64,000 nt of DNA from Catajapyx aquilonaris (lineage: Eukaryota), in the NCBI GenBank assembly GCA_000934665.2, contig JYFJ02001486.1, positions 1-64,000 of the forward strand, in the 5' to 3' direction. The notes below the pieces were generated by a model that did not search any database, was not told the DNA's origin, and was given only the letters and a program-made list of their open reading frames with translations. Shown piece after piece: positions 17,710-30,500 of the stretch. The position numbers and the translations under genes are program-made. How positions within the stretch are numbered: position 1 is the first letter of the stretch; each line of letters starts with the position of its first letter.

Positions 17710-20700
17710 ATGTCTTCGTCGTCGCCGGAATCAGGTGGTGGAGGTACGTCGCACACCAACTCCCATGGTGCATGTGCACAGGGCAACTTCTCACTGCAAC
17801 CAGCCCTTGGTGAGACACCATGGTGCTGCCACTTGAAACTCCAAAGCCATGAAGGCTGCAGTGTGGCAGTAACCACTGTGCTCTCAATGGAGACTGCTAG
17901 TTGCAGTGGTACATTGCCTTGAGACATCAACCCGGGTGCCACAGGCTTGTCCAGCGGGTTCCCCAAATACAGTATGTTAGCAGTGAAATAGACCATATTT
18001 GCCAAAATGAACACAGATGAGCAGACCGAGTAGTGTCTACTTTTACTTGCCATGTGGCCAGCATAGATTATTATAAAATGATAATGAGGTTGTATGAGTT
18101 CCCGGCTGGTTCGCCAGCGACGGTACTCTCTTCCTCGAGCGGTCATCGGACCTGACTCGCATTTCTTGGTCGGACGGGGTGCTTGGGAAAATATCCCACC
18201 CCCGTCCCTGGGTTGGACCCGGCATTGCAGTACAGCCGGGGCCAGCCCTCCTCTCCCCCACCCTTCTCACCCACCCCTACCTAGCAATCCCACACCTTCC
18301 TCTCCTACCCCCGGCTGCCAAGGCTCGACTCAGACAGAGCCATACAAGCTGGGTAACCCTTCCTTCCAACCAACCAACCAACAGCATAGATTATGTATGT
18401 TATGACTCAGGATTTTTAAAATAATTAATATTTCTAATTATGATGATTGAGGTCTTCTGAGTGGTCAGTGGTGAGCATTGAAAAGTGCTGCCCTCTTGAA
18501 GGAAAGTAATGTAGTGAGTGGATACTTTCAAATTTCATCATTGGGTGGTCTAGTTAGTGCACCTACAGTTACTCCTTGCATTCATGATAGTGGATGTTAA
18601 TGTAATTGTCCCTAACACACACCTCTCAGAGCAGGCTAGTAAGTTCTGAGCACTGCCTTTTTACATGACACCACTCTGACGGCCCTTGTCAAAATCCAGT
18701 AGCATCTATGACATGTAGCTTGGCTTTATGCCAATCAATGTGGAGATCTGCCTGCCTGCCTGCTCATGTCACTGTCTGCATGCTGCAGTGGGCTGACCTC
18801 CACACTGGTAGGCTGTGCTTACGGTTTTATAGCAGGGCTCATGTCAACAGGCTTTGGTCAGTAGCCTGGGATATATAGGAAACATCCATAACTTGAATAT
18901 CCTTAAGTCAAAGTTCATTATAAGAGAAATAAAACTACAATGTTGATTGGTGACAAGTAATAAGGATTAAACTCCCTCAACTTCAATCACCATAACTTGA
19001 TCTGCTGGCAGTAATTTACTATGGAAGTAATGCTACTTTGCCAACTCCACATGTTGCATGAGAGTTAGGTCACTCTTCTAGTTTCTATGTTCATAAGTAT
19101 TTACACCACTCACGTTTTTAATGGCATGACTTAATAGGCCAAAGGTCTCATTCATTGTAAACAAACACTTACTGCAAGAATTTAAATACACAGCTCCCTG
19201 CCCCATATTTCCCGATAAGTGGACGTGCAGCAGCAAGCCGTTTAAAAAATACCTACAATTCTGCGACTTACTTTTTGCCAGGGAAAAAATCAGAATGATC
19301 TGTCAAGGGTATAGGCAAACTCCGCCGTTGCCATTGCAGCTGTAAAAGTGGCCTCGCTCCTAATTGGCTGGGCGGACTGCTCCAAGCTCTGGGTAGTAGC
19401 CACTTGCCACCTGAGCCACCTTTTTTTACACCTAGTGGCTCACATTACCTCCTTTTAAACTAGACCTTTAAATGTTTTCATAATTTATCAGAGGGAGTGG
19501 GCAATCATGTAGAATTATCTATGTCTAGGATGATTACAAGGGGTGGAAGCTGCCTTTAAAAAACCACATAGATGTCGCAATAGGATGGCGTCACCTTCTT
19601 ATACATAGCATGAGGTGGTAGATGGCTCTCTCAAGATGCAACTCAGGTTAGTAGGTTTCGGACACTTCAGCCCCATCTTGTGCAATAATCAAGATCGAAA
19701 CTTATGGTGCCAGATCCGGTGATTTTCACACAGAGTGCTATTTTTATACCCCCACCTAAAACATGCAGAATCCAGTGGGAAACATAGGGTTAATGACAGT
19801 TAAGATCTTGCTGTATTAGTATATCTTTATCTTTATGGTAACCTTTATAATAGCTGTATAATAAATATCTAATTTTTCTGGCTGCAGGACTACATCTACC
19901 AGCAGGAGACCTACATCGTAGTTTTCTTAAAAGACAACTGAACTCCATGGTATATGAGGATTCAAGCACAGAAAATGTCAGACAAGGTCTTCTCCATCTT
20001 TTCAAGGGAGTAATCAACAAGGGTGAGAGCAACTCACTCATTATATATGGAATGTCTGCTCAGGAAAAACTACCTGTAAGACTTTTTCTGTAATACTGCT
20101 GCTTTTTTTTAGAAGTAACTTGACCAATTCTGGAGCTCTGTCGTGAATTATTGTTAAGCTGTGATTTAAAAAATGTAAAGGAACCACCTGGGGCAGTGAT
20201 GCAATATTTCAATGCAGTATTTGGTTATTCTCATCTACCGTACTCAAGATGTAGCAATTTCTTGTATGTGTAAAGGATTCGTTTCTTTTTGTCTACTTGA
20301 ATAAAGAAACTATGCATAAAAATAATGGGGAAAAGAACAGTTCCCATATTACATAACGTTTTGGTTTCTGGCATTTATTATGACAGCTTCACAAATGCTT
20401 GCTGACAATTTTATGATTTTTAAGGATAGCTTGTTTAAATTAATAAATATGCATTATTAAAACAGTAGGTTAAAAATTAGGTGTTGTAAAGAAATGAGGA
20501 GGATATAAGAAATTATATTATACCACAGTACTGACTAATAAGGTGTCCACGGACACACTCTTTTAACTCGGGGCATGTATGTACCATTGGAAGCAAATGA
20601 ACAACTGATTGCAGGGTTATTTTGTTTTCTTGGAGTGGCCAAGGCAATTAAGGTCTTGAAGCATAACTGGTCTGTATGTGTGACATTGGATTCTGTGCTG

Positions 20701-23700
20701 TACTATCCTGCTACAAAAGAGAATATTATCAATATCACTGTGACAAATTATCTTCATCTTTTGGCTTGCAATAATAATGATTCATAAAGTTTGCTATCAT
20801 TACAAGACTTTTTATGAATATACAGGGTGTTCTCAAATTCGTCTGTCAAATGATACGGGTGGTAGGGGATGTTCTGCATGGCATGGACCCGAAAGGCTGT
20901 CAGCAACGTTGAAATTGATGTTTATCATGACAAGTATGGATACCCCCCGTACGTGCCTGCATCACTAGTTGCCGAGGTCGCACTACCAGACTGTTGCTGA
21001 ACCACCTGACTCCAGCAACCAGCGATGCAGGCATGTGCAGGGGGTATCCATACTTGTCAGGATAGTCATCATGCACTTCGAAGGTTGACATCTCCTTTTG
21101 GGCCATGCCATGCCTGTACCATACGCACCCCCTTACCACCCATATCATTTTGGCAGACGAATTCACAAATACCCTATATAGGCCTAGTGTAGCTTGTCTA
21201 AAATGTGGAAATAAATATTATAATATGTCCTCTCATATTTTATGAAATATTAATGGTCATGACTAGTTATTATTATTATTATTATTTGAAAAGGGCATTA
21301 ACAATATTTGATGATTGATGGCCTCCCAAGAAATAAAATCAGTGGATTGATACATGCTCCTTTTATGCATTTGCTGTATTGAGAATGAAGCAGGGCAAAA
21401 TACTTCTACATTCCATTCTTTTGGTCATAAGGAATAATGACCACAACTTGAATTTTTAAAATAAAATTACCACAATTTAGTCATTATCAGGGAAAACCTA
21501 TTTTTTCTGTAGACACTTGGTGTTATAATACTTAATTATGCAAAATAATTTATTCATAGCCTCTTATGAACAGATTGTGAAGGAAGTGATGAAAAAGATG
21601 GAAGGGGATTGCATTCTGACAGAAAAGTATTTTACTGTCTACCTCAATGGGATTCTCCACTACAACAGCAACATGGCTTTTAAAGAGGTCACTGAGCAGC
21701 TAAAAGTTGAGTCAAAATTTGCAGATGACCTCATCTTTTCAGGTAAGATGAAACTGTGTTTCAAATCATGACAATGAGAATGACTCTTAACTACATTTTC
21801 AGATGGTCTGAAGTTCGTACTGGAGGCTTTAAGAAGTGGTAACCGAAGTACCTGCCCAATAATATTTATCCTGGATGAATTCCAATTATTTTGTCACCAA
21901 AGAAATCAGTCATTATTGTACAATATATTTGATGTTGCCCAATCAGCCCAGGTAGCTTACCATTGTTTTGATGCATTTTAATTAGTGAGATAAAAATTTT
22001 AAAATGATCTTATTCCTTATTGTGTGTTTTAAGAATGTGAGTGTTACACGTATATTTCATTGAAGGTAGTGTTTATAATAAACCAATTGTTAATTAACTT
22101 GATAAGTATTCAATTATCAACTTTATCTTGATTTTCCAGACTCCAGTTGCCGTGGTTGGACTCACAAGTGAGTGGAATGTCACGGAAACTCTGGAAAAGA
22201 GGATTAAGTCGAGGTTTTCAAACCGGCAAGTCATACTAGGACCCGTGCCTTCATGTGATGTATACTTGGAGACAGCTCAGTATTGGTTGAAGTTTCCTGA
22301 AAACTTAAAGCCTGAGGTTGACGTTGAAGAATGGAACAGGCATGTGGCTGATTTATTCAGTGAGGCTGGCGTGGTTCAAGTTTTGAAAAGTCATTTTGCC
22401 ATCATCAACAGCTTCTATGGACTGAAGCATTTGCTGGTGAGTGGACATTCCTTTTTTCCTTCATAGTGTATACTTCAGTCAGAGAGGTCTTGGACAGACC
22501 TTTATTTTCCTCAGGAGGCTCAATATAACCTAGAAAGCATATAAATCAGCATATGAATAATTTTATTATGTTTTTTTTTTTCCACTGCAGAGTTTTGTTG
22601 CCTGCCGATTAAATGAAAACCATCCTTTTTTGGAGGCTGAAGACTTCAATCACCTGGCTGAGGAATTACAAAATGATGCCCGGGCAGCTTCTGTTGCAAA
22701 TCTTTCCATTTTGCAGCTTTGCTTGGTAAACATACATTGTTGGGCAAGTAAGGTCCCTAATGATAATATGGCCATAGAAGGTAATATGGCCAATGGACTG
22801 TATCTCGGTTAGTTACAGCGGAATCCAGGAGTTAGTGCCTGCATGGTGTTCACTGTTCAGGCAGGTCTTTAGAGGGGTGATGCAGAATATCATTGCTTGG
22901 CGCCGCGCAGTTTGGCGTCGGCCAGCCATATTGCCGAAAGAATCGTGTCGCGCAAAGTGCGTTCTGAATTTTTGCATGTAAGTTCGCCATTGTTTCAGGT
23001 CCCATTGGCGTGCAGTTTCAATTGTGTGATTGTTTCATATGCACATTTTAATGCTTATTCCAGTGCACTCATTGTGATTTGAGTTACCCCAACTATGACG
23101 CCTTAAGTTAGGATTTTATGTAAAATCGTCTGGGTTGCAATTATGGCCATGTTGGCCGTATTAGAAAGAAACAGAAACCTACGAAGAAGAGGTTTTCGCA
23201 GAAGGAGAATGTAAGGACAGAAAGGGGGAAAAAAAGTTGCAGTGATTTTTGAGTCTTCCATTCTCAGCTTTTCCTTACTTCCTTTAATTCTTATTGCAGT
23301 GGCAATGCAGTGGCATTTATTTGATAAGTACTTATGCAATTACATTTTTTCCTTAGTTTCTATTACCTAACTTAATCTTCATTTAAGGAGTTACAACAAA
23401 AAAACCGCAGTTACTTTGCTAAATATTTACGAGCATTTTTTTAGTGAGCGAAAGTTTGTTGGCCATATTAACATCACATGCTTTTAATATGGCCAAATGG
23501 CATACCTTTGCGCGAAAATATTTTCCCAATTGTTCCCTTTCAGCTATACATCTGATTATTTTGTCCTCCACTAGCAAGGTTCCAATGTACTATGGGCGCC
23601 AAAAGAATTGACCGGAGTTGATGGGTATATGGCGCTATATACAGTATACCCATCAACTCCGGTCAATTCTTTTGGCGCCCATAGTACAAGATACCGTACT

Positions 23701-24879
23701 TTGTTTTTTAAAATCTGCCAATACGGCTTCAGGAAAATTCGCCAAACCTTAGCTTGGCCATATTACCATCAGGTACCTTATTATAGGTATTACCGTATTT
23801 ACTCGCATATAAGACGCACTTTTTTCCCGATTTTTGTAGCTCAAAAAGTAGGGTGCGTCTTATACGCGTGTGCGTCTTATACGGCAGGGCACAACGGGTG
23901 AAACCCGTGAGAAATCGTGAAAATCGTTTATTGAAAAATTTAAGCTTGTCGGTTTGATGTCCTGTCAGCACAGTTGATCACTTTTCTCTTGAAATCGGCA
24001 CGGTACGACCTGCGTTTCTCCTTCACTTCCATTGACATGCTCTCCCCGTCCCCACACGTGCACAATTCCGGTGTGANCCCCTTTACTGGATTCTAATGGA
24101 TTCCACACGCACATGCATTGCACATGCATTGCACACGAGGTTGCTGCCGGCAGCTCGAGGCCAGTTCCCAAACTACGGCAATAAATCTGGGTGCGTCTTA
24201 TATGAGTCAACAACCGATTTTCCACGATTTTCCGCCTCAAAACCGGGGTGCGTCTTATACGCGTGTGCGTCTTATATGCGAGTAAATACGGTAGCTGAAA
24301 ATTTATAAAAGGTGGGATCATAGTCTGAATGATTTAAAAGGACAGCTGCATTTTTTCCTATGCATACTTTCTTGGTAAAGAAATTGATGGCAGTTGCTTC
24401 CGGTAATTGAGTAGGTTTTACCCGAAGTTTTACCATAATAATTTTGCAAATGTTCTTGTCATGTTACAGATGATGTAAAATTCATTGCTTTTCTTTACAG
24501 CTGATTGCCATTCAGCGAGTTCTTCGCGATTCTGATCTAGATTGCTTCAACTTGAACATGGTTTTGCATGAGTATGCTAAATTAAATCGTCATCAGTCAG
24601 CTTTGAATGATGTGGATGAGAAAGTCTTAATGAAAGCTTTTGAAGGACTACTGGTAAGATTTGTTGAATTTCTACTGCGATCTCATTTGTTCAGTGTACT
24701 GAGCAAAAATAATATTACAGACCTTGGAGCTTGTTCACCAAGAAAGTCGGAACCAAGAGCTGGACCCCAAGAATCGTGTGTTTGTGCTGAACTTGAGCAA
24801 GAAGCAGCTTGCTGCTGTATTGAAAAACACTCCTTCTTTGCCCACTGAGGTTAGGCAGTGGGCAGCTGATAATATATAA
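17710..24879 (+). CDS. ORC4: Origin recognition complex subunit 4 (AAA+ ATPase), 8 coding exons; first exon uncertain
   Basis: Exons: 17710-17743 (alternative candidate 19622-19646, same phase), 19888-20075, 21574-21742, 21803-21951, 22140-22436, 22591-22725, 24501-24653, 24721-24879. Motifs: [16 protein letters not shown], Walker [39 protein letters not shown], Arg finger [44 protein letters not shown] at about 25059. Confidence 0.93.
18072..18381 (+). mobile_element. 5'-truncated retroposon (LINE/SINE 3' end) with (CCAA)n tail
   Basis: 13-bp TSD CAGCATAGATTAT (18059-18071, 18382-18394) around a C-rich body ending CCAACCAACCAACCAA. Confidence 0.75.
20823..21176. mobile_element. Tc1/mariner-type palindromic MITE
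   Basis: TA|CAGGGTG start and ACCCTA|TA end; arms pair throughout (TGACAAGTATGGATACCCCC / GGGGGTATCCATACTTGTCA). Confidence 0.8.
22751..23778. mobile_element. TA-flanked non-autonomous DNA transposon in an ORC4 intron
   Basis: TIR AGGTCCCTAATGATAATATGGCCA..TGGCCATATTACCATCAGGTACCT; internal repeats of AATATGGCCA/GGCCATATT. Confidence 0.7.
23586..23688. repeat. Perfect 44-bp inverted repeat with 15-nt spacer, nested in the previous element
   Basis: 23586-23629 is the exact reverse complement of 23645-23688. Confidence 0.92.
23793..24291. mobile_element. pogo/Tigger-type MITE
   Basis: TA flanks; perfect TIR CCGTATTTACTCGCATATAAGACGCAC; internal repeats GGGTGCGTCTTATA; contains the only N I saw in the window. 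Confidence 0.88.
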
Positions 24880-25905
24880 ACATCCCAACACCATTCCAAC
24901 AATCAAGTATATTCTGGTGTTGATACCGAACTTAATCAAGAAAGTCAACTGCAGCATTTGTCAACTTCTGCCATGAAGCTGAGGACTGCATTGTTTGTAT
25001 GAACCTGATGGATTATGATTGGGGTTATTGTCATCCTTATTGTTATTTAATTTTAAAAAATAAACATTGCTGGCATGTCACATTCCTAGCAGTATGATGA
25101 CATTAGTGTTTCACATTTGAACCATTTTGAAAATGGTATGATTTGCAACATCAATAAATTGATTGGTTTACACATCTCGGGTTATGTTGATGCTACTGTA
25201 AATACATTATAACAAGCCCAATTGAAATGGCAGGATGAGTGGGATAGGCTGACTAACAAATGGTATCATACTGGTAGCTTCCTATCCACCGTTTCCACTG
25301 TGAGAGATGGTATACAAGGATCATATTTGGCTTACCTGAATCGCTTTGGCCATTTAGTGGAGAAAGTGGTGGAGGATAGGGCCCAATGTCCTTGCAGATA
25401 TGGGTTCTTCACAATGTTTAGTAATATAAATTAAACATCCCTATGGCAAATATCTATATCCCCCATGTTTTTTTTGTCAATAACTTGAGTTGCTAGAAAT
25501 AATTTGCTGTGAAATAAGCATTTTTAGATGGCACCCACTGGAGTTTGTGTCCGTTTTGGGTAGGTGTTTTCCCATTACAGTACTACAGTGCTGGAGGGTA
25601 AAAGTCATACTAAAACTTGTGGATTGAATTGCGAATGGGAGTCCCAGATGAAGTTTTTGCACCCTGATTCTTATCATCACATTGATTCAGAGCGAAAATC
25701 ATCAAAGAGTTGCCCAAGACCTGTTATTGACTTTGATTCTGAAAATGAAGTGACTTAATATTATGGGAACTTCATGTTCGTGTAATATTAATCAGTAGTA
25801 ATAGTAAATATCTTGGCAGATATCTACTGTGTTATCCTTCAAACTTTTATTACTCGAAAATATGAATCTCAGGAGATTCGAGTGGATTCGAGTTATAAAA
25901 GTTCC

Positions 25906-26216
25906 GGGGAGGTGTAGATGGCCGAGATGGTAATGTCTCTGCTTGCTGAGTGAACGGCCCCAGGTTCGATCCCTTTCCTTTCACCTGCACCTTGGAGGTG
26001 TCTGGCAACCTAACCTCCTGGGGAACAGCACAAGACCCCTTTACCGACATTTCACTTGCACCTATGTTCCCTCCCTAAAAATCCCTATCCTCACCCCATG
26101 TCCTTTCATCCTTGCACCGGAGTTAGAAGGAAAAGCAGAAAATTTCAGGAAAAATTGTGGTATTCCACTCCCCTATAAGGGCCTATGGCCCTATCACGAG
26201 GTAACGCAAAAAAAAA
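25906..26216 (+). mobile_element. tRNA-derived SINE with poly(A) tail
   Basis: A box GATGGCCGAGATGG, B box GGTTCGATCCC, A-tail, TSD AAAAGTTCC on both sides. Confidence 0.8.
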
Positions 26217-26296
26217 AAAAGTTCCACTTACTGCTGCAGTCTAAAGAGTATAACAGTAAAGATGAAGGTACCTTGTCAGTGTACTGAAAGTTACTG

Positions 26297-26636
26297 CAGG
26301 TTGATAATCCTTTATCCAAAACTCCGAAAGTGTTTTTAAGTGCTGACATGACACACCACAAATGGAACATTCCAAGTGAGTGTACGCCTACTACGACTAG
26401 CTTCTTTTACCTGCAAATACAAAATTATTTTAAATTGGTATAAAACTAACATCTGGGTTTATGTAGAACCTCTTATTATGAAATATAAATTGTTATTGCG
26501 TTTAGGCTTAGATCCAGTCGCAAAGTAGTCCCATTTCATATTAGCAAATATGCAAATAGATTCCAAAATCCGGAAAAATCCTACAATCCGACACACTTCC
26601 GATCCCAAACATTTCCGATAAAGAATTCTCAACCTG
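26297..26636. mobile_element. Tigger-like MITE
   Basis: CAGGTTGATAATCCTTTATCC..GATAAAGAATTCTCAACCTG|TA imperfect TIRs. Confidence 0.65.
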
Positions 26637-27514
26637 TACATGTAGGAAACGTTAACGTATGAATAGGGAAGGAACAAACTCATTGCATTTATAACCACAA
26701 GCACATGTGATGCACCAGTCGAAAAGCCTGGCCTAATGCAAATGACTGATCTTTCTACATTTCGGGCCTTCAAATTGGCGTCAAACCTTTCACTTCATCC
26801 TGACTCGTTATGCAACCACAATCTTGTACCACGTGTGCCATAACCTGCAGGCGCAAGAAGGCCGTAGTCAGGTTCTCAGCACTTACCCTGATATACCGTA
26901 CGACCGTACGTATTTTGTCGTTTATTGGACGTAGTACCCAATAAGCTCAGTGCCCAATGTATAGGTTCTGTTGCAGAATAGGAAGTGGTATGTTAAGTAA
27001 TTTTTTTATTACCGCAGGATAAATGCACATTTCTGACTTTATAGCACGTTTTAGAAGCTATACATGCGATTTAGTTCCGCGGCACTTTTGATCTCAACTG
27101 TGCATCATTTGTGTTTCTGTTCTTGTTTTTTCATGACAGGGATTTTAAAAATTGTTCACATGCAAAATGTACTTTAACATGTTAAATGAGAGGTACAAAG
27201 TGAGACTCCAAGAGCATGACAACACATTTCACGGTTACGGTGAATAATTGAAACCTGTGCGTAGGAAACCAACAACATATAAGTGGTCGTTATGCCAGCA
27301 ATCGATAGAGGACGTCGATATATGCGAGCCTTGACAGGACTTTCTTCAGAAGGTTGCTTGAAATGAAAAAAGTAGGCCACTGACATCATTCCTACACCTG
27401 CAAAGGCGACTGTAAGTGTCACACTTTTTTGTGTTTGTTTAATATTCTTGATCCTGCACTAGTCATTGTTTCATTATGACGATGATGATGATGAATATGT
27501 TAATAGGCCGCAAA

Positions 27515-30500
27515 ATGGACCGGTACGTGAAGGAACAAAAGATCGGAGAAGGCACCTTCGGCACGGCCTTTCTGGTGCACTGCGTGGGAGAACAGGACCA
27601 ACGTTATGTGATCAAAGAGTCCAATGTGTCGCTTATGTCGCACAAAGAGAGAGAAGAAGCGCGACGAGAAGCCCGGTTGTTGGCTCGTCTCCGTCACCCC
27701 CACGTGGTCTCCTACAAGGAATCCTTCGAGCAGGGAGGCAACTTGTACCTGGTCATGGAGTACTGTCCTGGTGGAGACCTACATGCCAGAATTTTGGCTC
27801 AGAGAGGGACTTGGTTTGAAGAAGCTAGGATTTTGGACTGGTTTGCTCAATTGTGCTTAGCCTTACATCATGTGCACAGACACAAGATTTTGCATAGAGA
27901 TATCAAGAGTCATAATGTATTCTTGACTGCCGACGAGCGCTTGAAGCTGGGTGACTTCGGAGTTGCCAAGGTGAGTGCGAAAGATTATATTCCTGATGGG
28001 CATAAATCGATAAGCATGGTGTTAAGTGTTGTCTCAGGGTTTTTTCTAACGCTATATACATCATTATACCTTCACTTTATGATGATGTACGGTTGTAGGC
28101 CTGCTGTGATTAAAAATTTGGTGAGCCATGCGGGGCCATGTGTGAATTTGTTATATTTGTGTACTTTTTTTTCTCCCCGATCGAGGTGCTCAATTATTCC
28201 AATAAGGTATGGTCAAACCTTAAATATAGCAGCTTGTGATATACAATAGGAAGAGTTGTTGTGGGTACTTCTATCGGAACTCAAAAATTTACACAAAAAT
28301 AACAACTTCGGACGAAATATGCGCTCACTAAAATACTTGGAACGCAATGTATTTCATAATACTGCGTATTTTGGCATATTTTAGATTATTTTAGCTAAAT
28401 AGATGGTTTCAAAGGGATAAGTGTCAGGGGTAACAGGATCAGCTACAAGTATAGCAAGTAGTCTAACGTAACCTCCTACATCATGTGTCAGGAAAAGTTC
28501 ATGAAATGAAATATTTTGACGCCTGTACAACCATCAGCACACACAACTTGCTAGTGCTGATGATGAAATATTATTATTGGTGACGTATTAAGAGTGTCTG
28601 AATTTTTTGAAAGTGTTATCAGAAACATCGCCTACTTCTCATTGCATACGGTACCTGTAAATCAACAAAATAGTCGAGGAATTGAAAAAGTTGAAAAGTT
28701 GGAAATAGCAAATACGTACAGTATTTAAAGCCTCCAAAAAGTACGTGTTCACTATTTCAGCACCAAGTCACATATTTCTTTTTGATATTATGTGAAAATG
28801 AACCCAAAAAGTCACTATAAAATGTCAATAATTGTAAACTTTACAACTTCGTTAATTAATTATTTTTATTTCCTGTTCACTTTTACCACAGATACTGACT
28901 GGATCTGTTAACCTGGCTTCCACCTGCGTAGGCACGCCTTACTACCTATCCCCTGAGATATGCCAGAACAAGCCATACAACAACAAGAGCGACATATGGG
29001 CCTTGGGATGCATTGTGTATGAACTTACAAACTTGGCTTACCCCTTTGAAGCCTCCAACATCAAAGTAAGCCTTCATTCGTCTTCTGAAACGTTATGTAG
29101 TATACTTGACACAGTGCAACAGCACAATTACTTGTAAAGTATAATGATGCACATATTACAGAGTCCAAATGAATTTGTTAGGTAGCACATATTTGCGGAG
29201 ATTTGCCAATAGTGGATAATATACAGGGTGGTCCAAGTTCAAGTGTCGTTTTATAACGGCGATTAATAGCAGTGATTTTGCCATGACGTAGCAGCGACGC
29301 GTAAAATGTCCCACTTCGGCGCATCTTCGGCGCAATCGAAGTGGGCAATTTTACACGTCGCTGCTACGTCATCGTTAAGCGCTTCTATTAATCGCCGTTA
29401 TAAAACGACACTTGAACTTGGACCACCCTGTATTATAATGTAAAATGCAAAATCACTGGTACCCCAATTTATAAGTGCAGTAGCGACGCCTACAGCTACA
29501 ATTTGCCTAAGGAGTAATTTATTATTGTATACAGTAGGCATATGCACAATGCATGTACGTATATGACGGTATGCGGTTAACAAATAATTAATTTCCCTTC
29601 AGGGTTTGATAGCAAAAATCCTAAAAGGAAGCTATCCTCCTGTGCCCCTTCGCTACAGTTACGAATTGCGCAACCTGATCGGGCAAATCTTTCGACGCGA
29701 TCCTTCCCAGAGGCCATCGATCAGCTCACTTCTACGAAAACCAATACTTGCCGACCCAGCCAGGAGGTTTTGCCCCGAACAAATGTCGCTATGTGACGAG
29801 CACCCTTCAACTCCAAAACACCGTCCTAAGACCAAGCTTCCACCTTTGTCAGACACAAAAAAAATTGCGCAGAGAAGACCTCGCACTTCGGTTGGACATT
29901 CAACACCAGAGCAGAAGTTAAAGAATCAAAGTTTAGAAGAAGAGTCTGAAGACGATGTTGTCGTCGAAGCTAAGCCCCCTTCCTTTCTTCAGCTTCCTCC
30001 ACCAATAAGAAAAAACAGTGCTGATGTGGAAGTTGACCGAGTTTGTAGCAAATCTCTTGACACAAAGTCAACTGAGTCAGTGTTAATGAATAAGGAGGAG
30101 AAATGTTCGACTTTGAATACTGTTTCTTCCGATGTTAATGCAGATCTTCACAAAGAGAAAGAAATGTCTCAAGATAAAAGTGAACCTCCTTATATGGATG
30201 CTCAATTTACTGAAACCGGCAATAGACTTAATGTTGGCACAACCTGTGATGAAAATAAGATGTCTATACCTAACATTGTTCAACAAGGTGATGATGAAAT
30301 TATAAATGAAGAAGGGAACACACATGAATCATCAGACATCACGGATTCTGGTCCAGACAACATTGCCAAAGAGCATGCTGCATATGACATTAAAGAGGTT
30401 GCCAAAGTTATACAAGCGATGAATCCTCCCAAAGTTATTGAAGATAGCCCAACAACTGGTCACACTGAACATTTAATTACAAAACGTCGCAACACCCTGG

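Noticed and set aside
27476..27514. Met-rich N-terminal extension of NEK1 (MTMMMMNM)
   Set aside because: It comes from a (GAT)n microsatellite; NEK1 homology begins at MDRY (27515).
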